This document shows positions 15,966-25,683 of a stretch of DNA of 27,316 nt, one piece after another. Each line of letters starts with the position of its first letter. The first letter of the stretch is position 1. Source of the DNA: a virus (lineage: Duplodnaviria > Heunggongvirae > Uroviricota > Caudoviricetes); IMG/VR virus record IMGVR_UViG_2728369187_000003; one strand, 5' to 3'. The notes below the pieces were generated by a model. The model was not told the DNA's origin, made no database searches, and was given only the letters and a program-made list of their open reading frames with translations. The position numbers and the translations under genes were made by a program.

Positions 15966-16252
15966 TGGCGTATTTTCTGGATTTTGACGAGCGGGCACTA
16001 AAGGAATGGCGAAAGCTGGGCTCGACGGTACGTGAACAGTTGAAAAAGAAGCTGGTTGAAGTACTTGAGTCACCCCGGATTGAAGCAAACAAGCTCCGTG
16101 GTATGCCTGATTGTTACAAGATTAAGCTCCGGTCTTCAGGCTATCGCCTTGTATACCAGGTTATAGACGAGAAAGTTGTCGTTTTCGTGATTTCTGTTGG
16201 GAAAAGAGAACGCTCGGAAGTATATAGCGAGGCGGTCAAACGCATTCTCTGA
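15965..16252 (+). CDS. relE: RelE mRNA interferase toxin
   Basis: 95 aa MAYFLDFDERALKEWRKLGSTVREQLKKKLVEVLESPRIEANKLRGMPDCYKIKLRSSGYRLVYQVIDEKVVVFVISVGKRE..., matching RelE from memory. Confidence 0.95.
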   Translation: MAYFLDFDERALKEWRKLGSTVREQLKKKLVEVLESPRIEANKLRGMPDCYKIKLRSSGYRLVYQVIDEKVVVFVISVGKRERSEVYSEAVKRIL

Positions 16253-16323
16253 ACCAAAGCATGACATCTCTGTTTCGCACCGAAGGTGACACTTCTGCTT
16301 TGCGTTGACAGGAGAAGCAGGCT

Positions 16324-16473
16324 ATGAAGCAGCAAAAGGCGATGTTAATCGCCCTGATCGTCATCTGTTNNNNNNNNNNNNNNNNNNNNNNNNNNNNNNN
16401 NNNNNNNNNNNNNNNNNNNNNNNNNNNNNNNNNNNNNNNNNNNNNNNNNNNNNNNNNNNNNNNNNNNNNNNNN
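16324..16473 (+). CDS. hokD: Hok-family toxin (hokD/relF-like), interrupted by an N-run
   Basis: Begins MKQQKAMLIALIVIC, the Hok N-terminus, then runs into the N-run; the true 3' end is not visible and the 66-aa track ORF is an artifact of the gap. Confidence 0.7.
16370..16473. other. Run of 104 N (assembly gap or masked sequence)
   Basis: Directly visible; lies inside the hok-like gene. Confidence 1.
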
Positions 16474-16585
16474 GCGTTTGAAGTTCTGGACGGTGCCGGA
16501 ATAGAATCAAAAATACTTAAGTAGCGCGCAGGGATAAGAGGGATGGTCCCTTAAAGGGGAGAGCTAATTATCCGGAAGGATTCTG

Positions 16586-16837
16586 ATGATGAACATCGAA
16601 GAACTGCGTAAAATTTTTTGTGAAGATGGCCTCTATGCTGTGTGCGTTGAAAATGGAAATCTTGTTAGTCATTACCGCATTATGTGTTTGCGAAAGAATG
16701 GGGCTGCGTTAATTAATTTTGTGGATGGTCGAGTGACAGACAGATTTATCTTGCGCGAAGGTGAGTTTGTCACTTCATTACAGGCACTGAAAGAGATCGG
16801 AATAAAAGCAGGCTTTTCAGCTTTTGCAGAAGAATAA
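16586..16837 (+). CDS. rem: Rem-like protein (83 aa)
   Basis: 83-aa ORF downstream of hokD, matching the Qin rem position and length from memory; GGAAGGA upstream. Confidence 0.55.
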   Translation: MMNIEELRKIFCEDGLYAVCVENGNLVSHYRIMCLRKNGAALINFVDGRVTDRFILREGEFVTSLQALKEIGIKAGFSAFAEE

Positions 16838-16903
16838 ACTCATCTACAATCTTGCGCGGGGCTGAACTCCCGCTGAGTAACACCGTGCCACCGGAGAAAA
16901 CCG

Positions 16904-17182
16904 ATGGCACGCAACGTAAAATATTACAATTCTGATAATTCGCCCGTTCTTGCCTGCACGCACGAGCGGTATTCTCACGCATTCAAGTCTGAATGGTTCC
17001 AACACCCTCCATGCACTGAAGAGCAGGCTGAATGGATAATTCAGTGTTACCGCAGGCGCGGATACGAGGTTAAGAAAGCCCTTAGTCTCGACTACCGTCA
17101 CTGGATAATCTCAGTCAGATTGCCTTACTCCGAACGCCCACCACGTGCGTCCCGCACTTTCCAGCAACGGATCTGGAGGTAA
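16904..17182 (+). CDS. Hypothetical protein (92 aa)
   Basis: ORF with a GGAG upstream; its stop lies inside the ydfU ribosome-binding site; unknown function. Confidence 0.4.
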   Translation: MARNVKYYNSDNSPVLACTHERYSHAFKSEWFQHPPCTEEQAEWIIQCYRRRGYEVKKALSLDYRHWIISVRLPYSERPPRASRTFQQRIWR

Positions 17183-17183
17183 C

Positions 17184-18233
17184 GTGCGGGTATTACTTAG
17201 ACCTGTTCTGGTGCCTGAGCTTGGGCTGGTGGTCCTTAAGCCGGGCCGTGAATCCATACAGATATTTCATAATCCTCGAGTGCTGGTGGAACCGGAACCA
17301 AAAAGCATGCGTAATCTGCCATCCGGAGTCGTTCCTGCCGTTGGCCAGCCGCTGGCGGAAGACAAAACATTGCTGCCGTTTTTTAGTAACGAACGGGTGA
17401 TTCGTGCTGCTGGCGGCGTTGGCTCATTGTCTGACTGGCTATTACGTCATGTTACATCCTGCCAGTGGCCTAATGGCGATTACCATCACACTGAAACAGT
17501 CATTCACCGTTATGGTACCGGCGCAATGGTGTTGTGTTGGCACTGCGACAACCAACTGCGTGACCAGACATCGGAATCACTGGAGCTGCTTGCTCAACAA
17601 AATCTGACAGCATGGGTGATTGACGTCATCCGTCACGCAATAAGCGGTACGCAGGAGCGGGAATTATCTTTGGCTGAATTATCCTGGTGGGCGGTCTGCA
17701 ATCAGGTGGTGGATGCACTACCTGAGGCTGTATCGCGTCGTTCGCTGGGATTACCAGCGGAAAAAATCTGCTCGGTGTACCGCGAAAGCGACATCGTACC
17801 GGGAGAGCAGACCGCCACCAGCATATTGAAACAACGCACAAAAAATCTTGCACCGTTGCCTTACGCCCACCAGCAACAAAAACTACCACAGGAAAAGATG
17901 GTGGTAAGCATCACCGTTGATCCAGAGTCTCCGGAATCTTTCATGAAGCTGCCTAAACGTCGCCGCTGGGTTAAGGAGAAATACACACGTTGGGTTAAGA
18001 CACAGCCGTGTGCTTGCTGCGGTATGCCAGCCGACGATCCGCATCATCTGATTGGTCACGGGCAGGGCGGAATGGGAACAAAAGCACATGATCTCTTTGT
18101 GTTGCCTTTGTGCAGAAAGCATCACAACGAGCTGCATACGGATACAGTGGCATTTGAAGAGAAGTATGGCTCCCAACTGGAGCTGATATTTCGTTTTATC
18201 GATCGCGCGCTGGCAATTGGCGTACTGGCGTAA
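17184..18233 (+). CDS. ydfU: YdfU-like DUF968 protein with C-terminal Cys/His cluster
   Basis: GTG start with GGAGG 4 nt upstream gives 349 aa starting MRVLLRPVLVPELG; C-terminal CACCGMPADDPHHLIGHGQGG...CRKHHNELH resembles a zinc-binding or HNH-like motif. Confidence 0.65.
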   Translation: MRVLLRPVLVPELGLVVLKPGRESIQIFHNPRVLVEPEPKSMRNLPSGVVPAVGQPLAEDKTLLPFFSNERVIRAAGGVGSLSDWLLRHVTSCQWPNGDYHHTETVIHRYGTGAMVLCWHCDNQLRDQTSESLELLAQQNLTAWVIDVIRHAISGTQERELSLAELSWWAVCNQVVDALPEAVSRRSLGLPAEKICSVYRESDIVPGEQTATSILKQRTKNLAPLPYAHQQQKLPQEKMVVSITVDPESPESFMKLPKRRRWVKEKYTRWVKTQPCACCGMPADDPHHLIGHGQGGMGTKAHDLFVLPLCRKHHNELHTDTVAFEEKYGSQLELIFRFIDRALAIGVLA

Positions 18234-18246
18234 GTGGAGAACGAGC

Positions 18247-18999
18247 ATGAACCTTGAAGCCTTACCAAAATATTACTCCCCAAAATCTCCAAAATTGAGC
18301 GATGACGCTCCAGCGACAGGCACCGGTTGTTTAACAATTACGGATGTAATGGCAGCGCAGGGGATGGTGCAGTCGAAAGCACCACTTGGGTTGGCCTTAT
18401 TTCTGGCAAAAGTTGGTGTTCAGGACCCTCAGTTTGCGATTGAAGGCCTGCTAAATTACGCGATGGCACTGGATAACCCGACATTGAACAAATTGAGTGA
18501 AGAAATCCGGTTACAGATTATTCCTTACCTCGTGAGTTTTGCCTTTGCTGATTACTCCAGGTCTGCGGCAAGTAAGGCTCGCTGTGAGCATTGTTCAGGT
18601 ACGGGATTTTATAATGTATTGCGCGAAGTGGTGAAACACTACAGACGCGGGGAATCTGTAATCAAGGAAGAATGGGTGAAGGAACTATGTCAGCATTGCC
18701 ATGGTAAGGGCGAAGCCAGCACAGCGTGCAGAGGGTGTAAGGGTAAAGGGATTGTTCTGGATGAAAAAAGAACCCGGTTTCATGGCGTACCGGTATATAA
18801 GATTTGTGGGCGTTGTAATGGAAACCGGTTTAGTCGTTTACCGACCACGCTGGCACGACGTCATGTCCAGAAGCTGGTACCAGACCTGACCGATTATCAG
18901 TGGTATAAGGGGTATGCGGACGTCATTGGTAAACTGGTAACAAAGTGCTGGCAGGAAGAAGCATACGCGGAAGCGCAATTGAGGAAGGTGACGAGATAA
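18247..18999 (+). CDS. Late-gene antiterminator Q-like protein (250 aa)
   Basis: ATG at 18247 with GGAG 7 nt upstream; Cys-rich zinc-finger-like region (CEHCSGTG...CQHCHGKG...CRGCKGKG...CGRCNG); immediately upstream of a late promoter and terminator. Confidence 0.7.
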   Translation: MNLEALPKYYSPKSPKLSDDAPATGTGCLTITDVMAAQGMVQSKAPLGLALFLAKVGVQDPQFAIEGLLNYAMALDNPTLNKLSEEIRLQIIPYLVSFAFADYSRSAASKARCEHCSGTGFYNVLREVVKHYRRGESVIKEEWVKELCQHCHGKGEASTACRGCKGKGIVLDEKRTRFHGVPVYKICGRCNGNRFSRLPTTLARRHVQKLVPDLTDYQWYKGYADVIGKLVTKCWQEEAYAEAQLRKVTR

Positions 19000-19030
19000 A
19001 TGATTTTTGCTGAAGATGGCGACATGATGT

Positions 19031-19059
19031 TTGCATTTTTCAAAAAATATGGATAAAAT
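19031..19059 (+). promoter_or_regulatory. PR'-like late promoter
   Basis: TTGCAT-N17-TAAAAT directly downstream of the Q-like gene. Confidence 0.5.
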
Positions 19060-19104
19060 TTTTTCAACGATGGGCTTTGTATACCCGACTTTAAGAAAAA
19101 GTAG

Positions 19105-19130
19105 AAAACCCGCTGATGAGCGGGTTTTGT
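19105..19130 (+). terminator. tR'-like rho-independent terminator
   Basis: ACCCGCT-GATG-AGCGGGT hairpin followed by TTTTGT, about 50 nt downstream of the late promoter. Confidence 0.65.
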
Positions 19131-19420
19131 GCTTTAAATGGGGCAATGGTAATGATGAATCTCATCCCGGGACTCATGTCTGTTAACTTATTATTTAGCT
19201 GGTGACTTGGTTATTTGCCTGATGTTTAAAATGTTTTCTTCCAGTACAATGTCCCTAAACACAATGAGTCTGCTTATTATATTATTAGCAGAGCTATTAC
19301 GGCCAAAGTACAGCATAAGCTTTTAAAGCCAATCAACCAGTCATCAAGACAGACGGGGTTATTCATAAAAACTCTCCATGTGTGATCCGATGGGGCCTGA
19401 AATTAAAGCTTTAATATAGC

Positions 19421-19633
19421 TCATGAAAGGTAAACATTGGCAGCTGAAGGGCCACGCAGACCATTTATCCGGCAAAATTCCACGCGTAATCCGGTGGTAA
19501 TTTCTTCTGCATCGCGGAGATTGAGCGCTGAAACATGAAGCTGGACATCGATACGACCATCGGATGGGGTGATAAGACCCTTGCCGCTTTTGCCGTCAAA
19601 GGTTTTGACAATTCCTGTCATTTTACGGGACAA
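19421..19633 (-). CDS. cspF: Cold-shock-domain protein, CspF/CspH-like
   Basis: 70 aa [36 protein letters not shown]...; CspF-type paralog by recollection. Confidence 0.8.
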
Positions 19634-19933
19634 AAAAATTCCTTAATACTGATAACTTGGCGCACTATACACACGTTCCTGAAGAAAGCTATAGTTTTTT
19701 GATGGGGTTGAAGATGGCTGGATGTCTAAAATAAACATTGCTTCATATGTTCAACTATGCGTTAATGATTGCGTCGGTTTGAAGAACAGACGATATACGA
19801 AGTAGTTTACTAAAGCAGTTCTCATTTCAGGTGTTATTCACTTATTCCTTCTTTGAGTCTCTCCAATTAAGTACGAAGTCGTTTCTGTTATGCAAACCAT
19901 TTATGCCGAAAGGCTCAAGTTAAGGAATGTAGA

Positions 19934-20149
19934 ATGTCAAATAAAATGACTGGTTTAGTAAAATGGTTTAACGCTGATAAAGGTTTCGGCTTTATTTCTC
20001 CTGTTGATGGTAGTAAAGATGTGTTTGTGCATTTTTCTGCGATTCAGAATGATAATTATCGAACCTTATTTGAAGGTCAAAAGGTTACCTTCTCTATAGA
20101 GAGTGGTGCTAAAGGTCCTGCAGCAGCAAATGTCATCATTACTGATTAA
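19934..20149 (+). CDS. cspB: Cold-shock protein, CspB-like
   Basis: 71 aa [67 protein letters not shown]... Confidence 0.85.
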   Translation: MSNKMTGLVKWFNADKGFGFISPVDGSKDVFVHFSAIQNDNYRTLFEGQKVTFSIESGAKGPAAANVIITD

Positions 20150-20430
20150 AATTCATCGCTCGTCTGTATACGATAACGAAGAAGGCTGATGCCTGAGTAG
20201 AGATACGGACAGAGTAGTGAATATTGGATCTCTTTAATAAAAAGTAAGGAGGTCCAATACATGAAACAATGGCCAGCATATTTGGCAAAATCTTAATCAG
20301 GAAAAGTATGCTAACCATTGTGGTGAAGTGCAGGTTTGCTGCATGAATAGTTTCACAGCAGAAGCTAACTGCTGGCATCGCAAAACAAAGTGCGTAAGTG
20401 GATGACTCCCACAAAAAGCACCACAATCTC

Positions 20431-20455
20431 AAACCCGCTCAGGCGGGTTTTTTAT
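20431..20455. terminator. Bidirectional rho-independent terminator between convergent genes
   Basis: AAACCCGC-TCAG-GCGGGTTT hairpin followed by TTTTTATT on the plus strand. Confidence 0.6.
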
Positions 20456-20512
20456 TATCTGCTTTAAATATATTATTAAAATATAAAAAATACTTGTTAC
20501 TAATAAAATCAA

Positions 20513-20683
20513 TCAGGCTACAGCTTTAAGATTTGTCTGGAATACTTTGTTGCAATGAGGGCAGATCAAAAGGGCACCTTTTTGTACTCTTGAAAAACTG
20601 TGTTCTGACTCTTGGGTGCAGTTTGGGCAGGAACATTTAACGAGATAATTACGGCGTGATTTTGAGTCTTTACGTTCTGACAT
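20513..20683 (-). CDS. Small zinc-ribbon protein (56 aa), YnfU-like
   Basis: Internal Met of the 73-aa track ORF, with AGGA upstream, gives MSERKDSKSRRNYLVKCSCPNCTQESEHSFSRVQKGALLICPHCNKVFQTNLKAVA with two CxxC pairs. Confidence 0.5.
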   Translation of the reverse strand: MSERKDSKSRRNYLVKCSCPNCTQESEHSFSRVQKGALLICPHCNKVFQTNLKAVA

Positions 20684-20902
20684 AGGCTTTTCCTGTATAA
20701 ATGGCCGTATACAGTACACTAAATATGAAAACATTTCTCGTATTATTATTTTATATATGACTTTCTTTCAAAATAATTACCCACATTTTTAATGTGTATG
20801 TTTTTTTAGCGCCGTTGAGAACAACGTGTGCTGTCAAAACTACCCCGTAGACTCCGATCTTTTCAAACATATTGCACCATCCGTGTACATCGGGGTGAGG
20901 AT

Positions 20903-21118
20903 ATGAAATCAATGGATAAGTTAACAACAGGTGTTGCCTATGGCACATCGGCGGGTAATGCTGGTTTCTGGGCATTGCAGTTACTCGATAAAGTAACTCC
21001 GTCACAGTGGGCTGCAATCGGTGTGCTGGGTAGCCTGGTTTTTGGCCTGCTGACGTATCTGACAAATCTTTATTTCAAGATTAAAGAAGACAGGCGTAAG
21101 GCTGCGAGAGGAGAATAA
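20903..21118 (+). CDS. Class II holin (pinholin, S21-like) with dual-start motif
   Basis: 71 aa [71 protein letters not shown]; two in-frame ATGs three codons apart; resembles the phage 21 holin from memory. Confidence 0.8.
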   Translation: MKSMDKLTTGVAYGTSAGNAGFWALQLLDKVTPSQWAAIGVLGSLVFGLLTYLTNLYFKIKEDRRKAARGE

Positions 21119-21122
21119 TCCA

Positions 21123-21350
21123 ATGACTCAAGACTATGAACTGGTTGTGAAAGGAGTCCGTAATTTTGAGAATAAAGTTACGGTAACTGTAGCCTTACAG
21201 GACAAAGAACGCTTTGACGGTGAAATTTTTGGCCTGGATGTCGCCATGGACCGTGTTGAAGGAGCTGCGCTGGAGTTTTACGAGGCAGCAGCCAGAATGA
21301 GCGTCCGGCAAGTCTTCCTGGAAGTAGCAGAAAATTGTCAGAAAAGTTGA
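21123..21350 (+). CDS. Hypothetical protein (75 aa) between holin and endolysin
   Basis: ORF with GGAG upstream; unknown function. Confidence 0.45.
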   Translation: MTQDYELVVKGVRNFENKVTVTVALQDKERFDGEIFGLDVAMDRVEGAALEFYEAAARMSVRQVFLEVAENCQKS

Positions 21351-21428
21351 GTCTTATCTGCAGCATCAGTACTCCTTTAAGATTGAAAATCCTGCCAATA
21401 AGCACGAGCGTCCTCATCATAAATATCT

Positions 21429-22456
<1,028 letters not shown>

Positions 22457-22818
22457 GGTAATATTAAATCGGAACATTTACATCGCGGAATGTAAAATTT
22501 AAATAAAAAGGACTCTTCCATGAGCCAAAATTCCTGAAATCTTAAGGGTAAGATAAAAGGTCTTAATCAGAATGACACGTTTTATTAATAAATAAAGCTA
22601 TTCTTTCATTGCTGTGTTTTTCTTTACAAAAGTAATCCTTGCTATGGGTGGTTAATCATGCGTTAATGGTGTTCTGGTTTGTTACAAATTTATCTGAAGC
22701 AGTCATTGTTATAATTTTATTATTTGTACCTCTTGAGATTTCCTTGTTGGTTTTTCTCTCTGATATTTTTTTTCGGACCATTCTGCCCAAGGGCTAATTT
22801 CTTCAAAAGGTAATAATT

Positions 22819-23031
22819 ATGTCTAACAAAATGACTGGTTTAGTGAAATGGTTTAACCCTGAAAAAGGTTTTGGTTTCATCACGCCGAAAGATGGCAGCA
22901 AAGATGTGTTTGTCCATTTCTCAGCAATTCAGAGCAACGATTTCAAAACATTAACTGAGAATCAGGAAGTTGAATTTGGTATTGAGAACGGACCTAAAGG
23001 TCCTGCCGCTGTTCATGTAGTGGCGCTTTGA
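22819..23031 (+). CDS. cspI: Cold-shock protein, CspI-like
   Basis: 70 aa [70 protein letters not shown]. Confidence 0.85.
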   Translation: MSNKMTGLVKWFNPEKGFGFITPKDGSKDVFVHFSAIQSNDFKTLTENQEVEFGIENGPKGPAAVHVVAL

Positions 23032-23119
23032 GGTAGACAATATTACAAACCATATTCACTTTAGATGCCCGTGTTGTCATGGTTCCCAGTATAGAACATC
23101 ATCTTTTGATGTTTCTGAC

Positions 23120-23230
23120 ATGAATCCTTTCGGGGCAAAATGTATCTTTTGTAAATCAATGATGATTACATTTGATAATATTTCACAATACTTAAATGCC
23201 AGCCGTCTGTCGTTGGATTTAAAAAAGTGA
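23120..23230 (+). CDS. Small ORF (36 aa from ATG) forming part of a longer zinc-ribbon reading frame
   Basis: MNPFGAKCIFCKSMMITFDNISQYLNASRLSLDLKK*; the same frame is open upstream to 23033 and encodes RCPCCHG, but with no canonical start codon; a terminator follows. Confidence 0.3.
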   Translation: MNPFGAKCIFCKSMMITFDNISQYLNASRLSLDLKK

Positions 23231-23235
23231 AAATG

Positions 23236-23258
23236 AAGGCTCCTTCGGGAGCTTTTTT
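23236..23258 (+). terminator. Rho-independent terminator
   Basis: GCTCC-TTCG-GGAGC hairpin followed by TTTTTT. Confidence 0.55.
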
Positions 23259-23302
23259 GCTTGGTGTCTATTCGATGGATACTCACATACTACGGTAACA
23301 TC

Positions 23303-23533
23303 ATGAAAAAAATCATAGTTTTTTTTAACTCTGAACCAGCAGTGGTAGTGCCAGCGATGACTGGAGTTAACACCATCATGCGTGAATATCCAAATGGCGA
23401 AAAAACACACCTTACTGTAATGGCCGCAGGGTTTCCATCTCTGACCGGAGATCATAAAGTCATTTATGTAGCCGCGGATCGACATGTTACTTCAGAAGAA
23501 ATTCTGGAAGCAGCAATAAGGCTCTTGAGTTGA
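23303..23533 (+). CDS. Hypothetical protein (76 aa)
   Basis: Internal ATG of the 90-aa track ORF gives MKKIIVFFNSEPAVVVPAMTGVN...; unknown function. Confidence 0.35.
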   Translation: MKKIIVFFNSEPAVVVPAMTGVNTIMREYPNGEKTHLTVMAAGFPSLTGDHKVIYVAADRHVTSEEILEAAIRLLS

Positions 23534-23704
23534 TTTGATGCTATTGCATTGATAATTCAGGAAAATTCTCTTTGTCTGTTTGTGTAAAATTTAGACTATC
23601 GTATGTTGATTATTGCGATGTTTCATCTTATCTTTTACACGTTTGCACCATATAATCGACTTACTGTGTAACTGGAAAGTCATAACAGACTAAAAGAGGA
23701 AATG

Positions 23705-23878
23705 ATGAATATTGAAAACTTAAAAACAAAAGCAGAAGCAGATATTTCTGAATATATAACAAAAAAAATTATTGAACTTAAGAAAAAGACCGGGAAAGAA
23801 GTTACCAGTATTCAGTTTACCGCACGGGAAAAAATGACGGGTCTTGAAAGCTATGATGTCAAGATTAATTTAATCTGA
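23705..23878 (+). CDS. gnsB: GnsA/GnsB-family small protein (57 aa), absent from the ORF track
   Basis: MNIENLKTKAEADISEYITKKIIELKKKTGKEVTSIQFTAREKMTGLESYDVKINLI*; AAGAGGA upstream; resembles GnsB from memory. Confidence 0.6.
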   Translation: MNIENLKTKAEADISEYITKKIIELKKKTGKEVTSIQFTAREKMTGLESYDVKINLI

Positions 23879-24029
23879 TGTATTCAATAATAAAATTTAT
23901 CCATAAACCTCGTTTTTACGGGGTTTTGTTATATTTGAATGGTTCCGAATATCTAAATCACAATTGTTGATGGTTTTTATTAAACCAATGCAGTCCGGCT
24001 CAGGAGTGAGAGAAGCCGGACGTTATGGT

Positions 24030-24440
24030 TTAGCGTGGTAAGATCTGTGTAGTTTTCTGGATGCTTTCAGTAAATAGTAATGAATTATCAAAGGTATAGT
24101 AATATCTTTTTTGTTCGTGGATATTTGTAACCCACCGAAAAACTCCTGCTTTAGCAAGGTTTCTTCTGTATTCCTGAAATGTGATCTCTCTGGATTTCAG
24201 CTTATTAGAGGTCGTTTCTATAAGATGCCTATCCTTTGAAAATTTGACAGACACAATGTTTTTTAGGCCCTTTAATAACACTGTATTATCATTTTTTAAT
24301 ACAATATGAACATTCTCTGTGGCTAAATAGTAAATGTAATGTGAGACATTGTGACGTTTTAGCTCAGAATAAAACCATTGATAGTTTAAATCGTTTCGAA
24401 CTTTATCAAATATTTGTTTAAAAATGACTACCTGATCCAT
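24030..24440 (-). CDS. ydfO: YdfO-like DUF1398 protein (136 aa)
   Basis: Start at the internal Met with GGAAGG 7 nt upstream gives a 136-aa protein [24 protein letters not shown]... Confidence 0.55.
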
Positions 24441-24497
24441 AGATAAACCTTCCATGTGATATGAGGGGGCGTAGTCTGCACGATTATCTAAATTGCT

Positions 24498-24731
24498 TCA
24501 ATCTGGTCTGACCTGTTTTCTGAGCAATTCAGTAATGTCACTCTTTTCTTTGTTTGCTTCAGAAGAAACTCTTTTTTCTGAGCACAGTCTCCGGCGGCAG
24601 GCTTCAATGACCCAGGCTGAGAAATTCCCGGACCCTTTTTGCTCAAGAGCGATGTTAATTTGTTCAATCATTTGGTTAGGAAAGCGGATGTTGCGGGTTG
24701 TTGTTCTGCGGGTTCTGTTCTTCGTTGACAT
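24498..24731 (-). CDS. Small basic protein (77 aa), possible ribbon-helix-helix DNA binder, YnfO-like
   Basis: 77-aa ORF, Arg-rich N-terminus then IRFPNQMIEQINIALEQKGSGNFSAWVIEACRRRL; no clear ribosome-binding site. Confidence 0.4.
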   Translation of the reverse strand: MSTKNRTRRTTTRNIRFPNQMIEQINIALEQKGSGNFSAWVIEACRRRLCSEKRVSSEANKEKSDITELLRKQVRPD

Positions 24732-24930
24732 GAGGTTGCCCCGTATTCAGTGTTGCTGATTTGTATTGTCTGAAGTTGTTTTTACGTTAAGTTGATGCAG
24801 ATCAATTAATACGATACCTGCGTCATAATTGATTATTTGACGTGGTTTGATGGCGTAGATGCACGTTGTGACATGTAGATGATAATTATTATCATTTTGC
24901 GGGTCCTTTCCGGCGATCCGACAGGTTACG

Positions 24931-24942
24931 GGGCGGCGACCT
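24931..24942. other. cosN cohesive-end site (GGGCGGCGACCT), with cosB-like sequence downstream to about 25110
   Basis: Exact lambda cohesive-end 12-mer followed by lambda-like sequence running up to the nu1 start. Confidence 0.85.
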
Positions 24943-25119
24943 CGCGGGTTTTTGCTATTTATGAAAATTTTCCGGTTTAAGGTGTTTCCGTTCTTCTTCG
25001 TCGTAACTTAATGTTTTTATTTAAAATACCCCCTGAAAAGAAAGGAAACGACAGGTGCTGAAAACGAGCTTTTGGGCCTTTGTCGTTTCCTTTCTCTGTT
25101 TTTGGCCGTGGAATGAACA

Positions 25120-25683
25120 ATGGAAGTCAACAAAAAGCAGCTGGCTGACATTTTCGGTGCGAGTATCCGTACCATTCAGAACTGGCAGGAACAGGGAATG
25201 CCCGTTCTGCGAGGCGGTGGCAAGGGTAATGAGGTGCTTTATGACTCTGCCGCCGTCATAAAATGGTATGCCGAAAGGGATGCTGAAATTGAGAACGAAA
25301 AGCTGNNNNNNNNNNNNNNNNNNNNNNNNNNNNNNNNNNNNNNNNNNNNNNNNNNNNNNNNNNNNNNNNNNNNNNNNNNNNNNNNNNNNNNNNNNNNNNN
25401 NNNNNNNNNNNNNNNNNNNNNNNNNNNNNNACTGAAGAATGCCAGAGACTCCGCTGAAGTGGTGGAAACCGCATTCTGTACTTTCGTGTTGTCGCGGATC
25501 GCAGGTGAAATTGCCAGTATTCTCGACGGGATCCCCCTGTCGGTGCAGCGGCGTTTTCCGGAACTGGAAAACCGACATGTTGATTTCCTGAAACGGGATA
25601 TCATCAAAGCCATGAACAAAGCAGCCGCGCTGGATGAACTGATACCGGGGTTGCTGAGTGAATATATCGAACAGTCAGGTTAA
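25120..25683 (+). CDS. nu1: Terminase small subunit Nu1 (internal N-run)
   Basis: MEVNKKQLADIFGASIRTIQNWQEQGMPVLRGGGKGNEVLYDSAAVIKWYAERDAEIENEKL ... LKNARDSAEVVETAFCTFVLSRIAGEIASILDG...EYIEQSG, matching lambda Nu1 from memory; the middle is masked. Confidence 0.9.
   Translation: MEVNKKQLADIFGASIRTIQNWQEQGMPVLRGGGKGNEVLYDSAAVIKWYAERDAEIENEKLXXXXXXXXXXXXXXXXXXXXXXXXXXXXXXXXXXXXXXXXXXLKNARDSAEVVETAFCTFVLSRIAGEIASILDGIPLSVQRRFPELENRHVDFLKRDIIKAMNKAAALDELIPGLLSEYIEQSG
25306..25430. other. Run of 125 N (assembly gap or masked sequence)
   Basis: Directly visible; lies inside nu1. Confidence 1.

Noticed and set aside
16324-16524. 66-aa Hok-like ORF as listed in the track
   Set aside because: Its length and C-terminus are artifacts of reading through 104 N; only the N-terminal Hok segment is real sequence.
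17404-18337. ORFs 17404-17607 (+), 17626-17889 (-), 17883-18248 (-) and 18122-18337 (-)
   Set aside because: They are shadow frames within or opposite the ydfU-like and Q-like genes.
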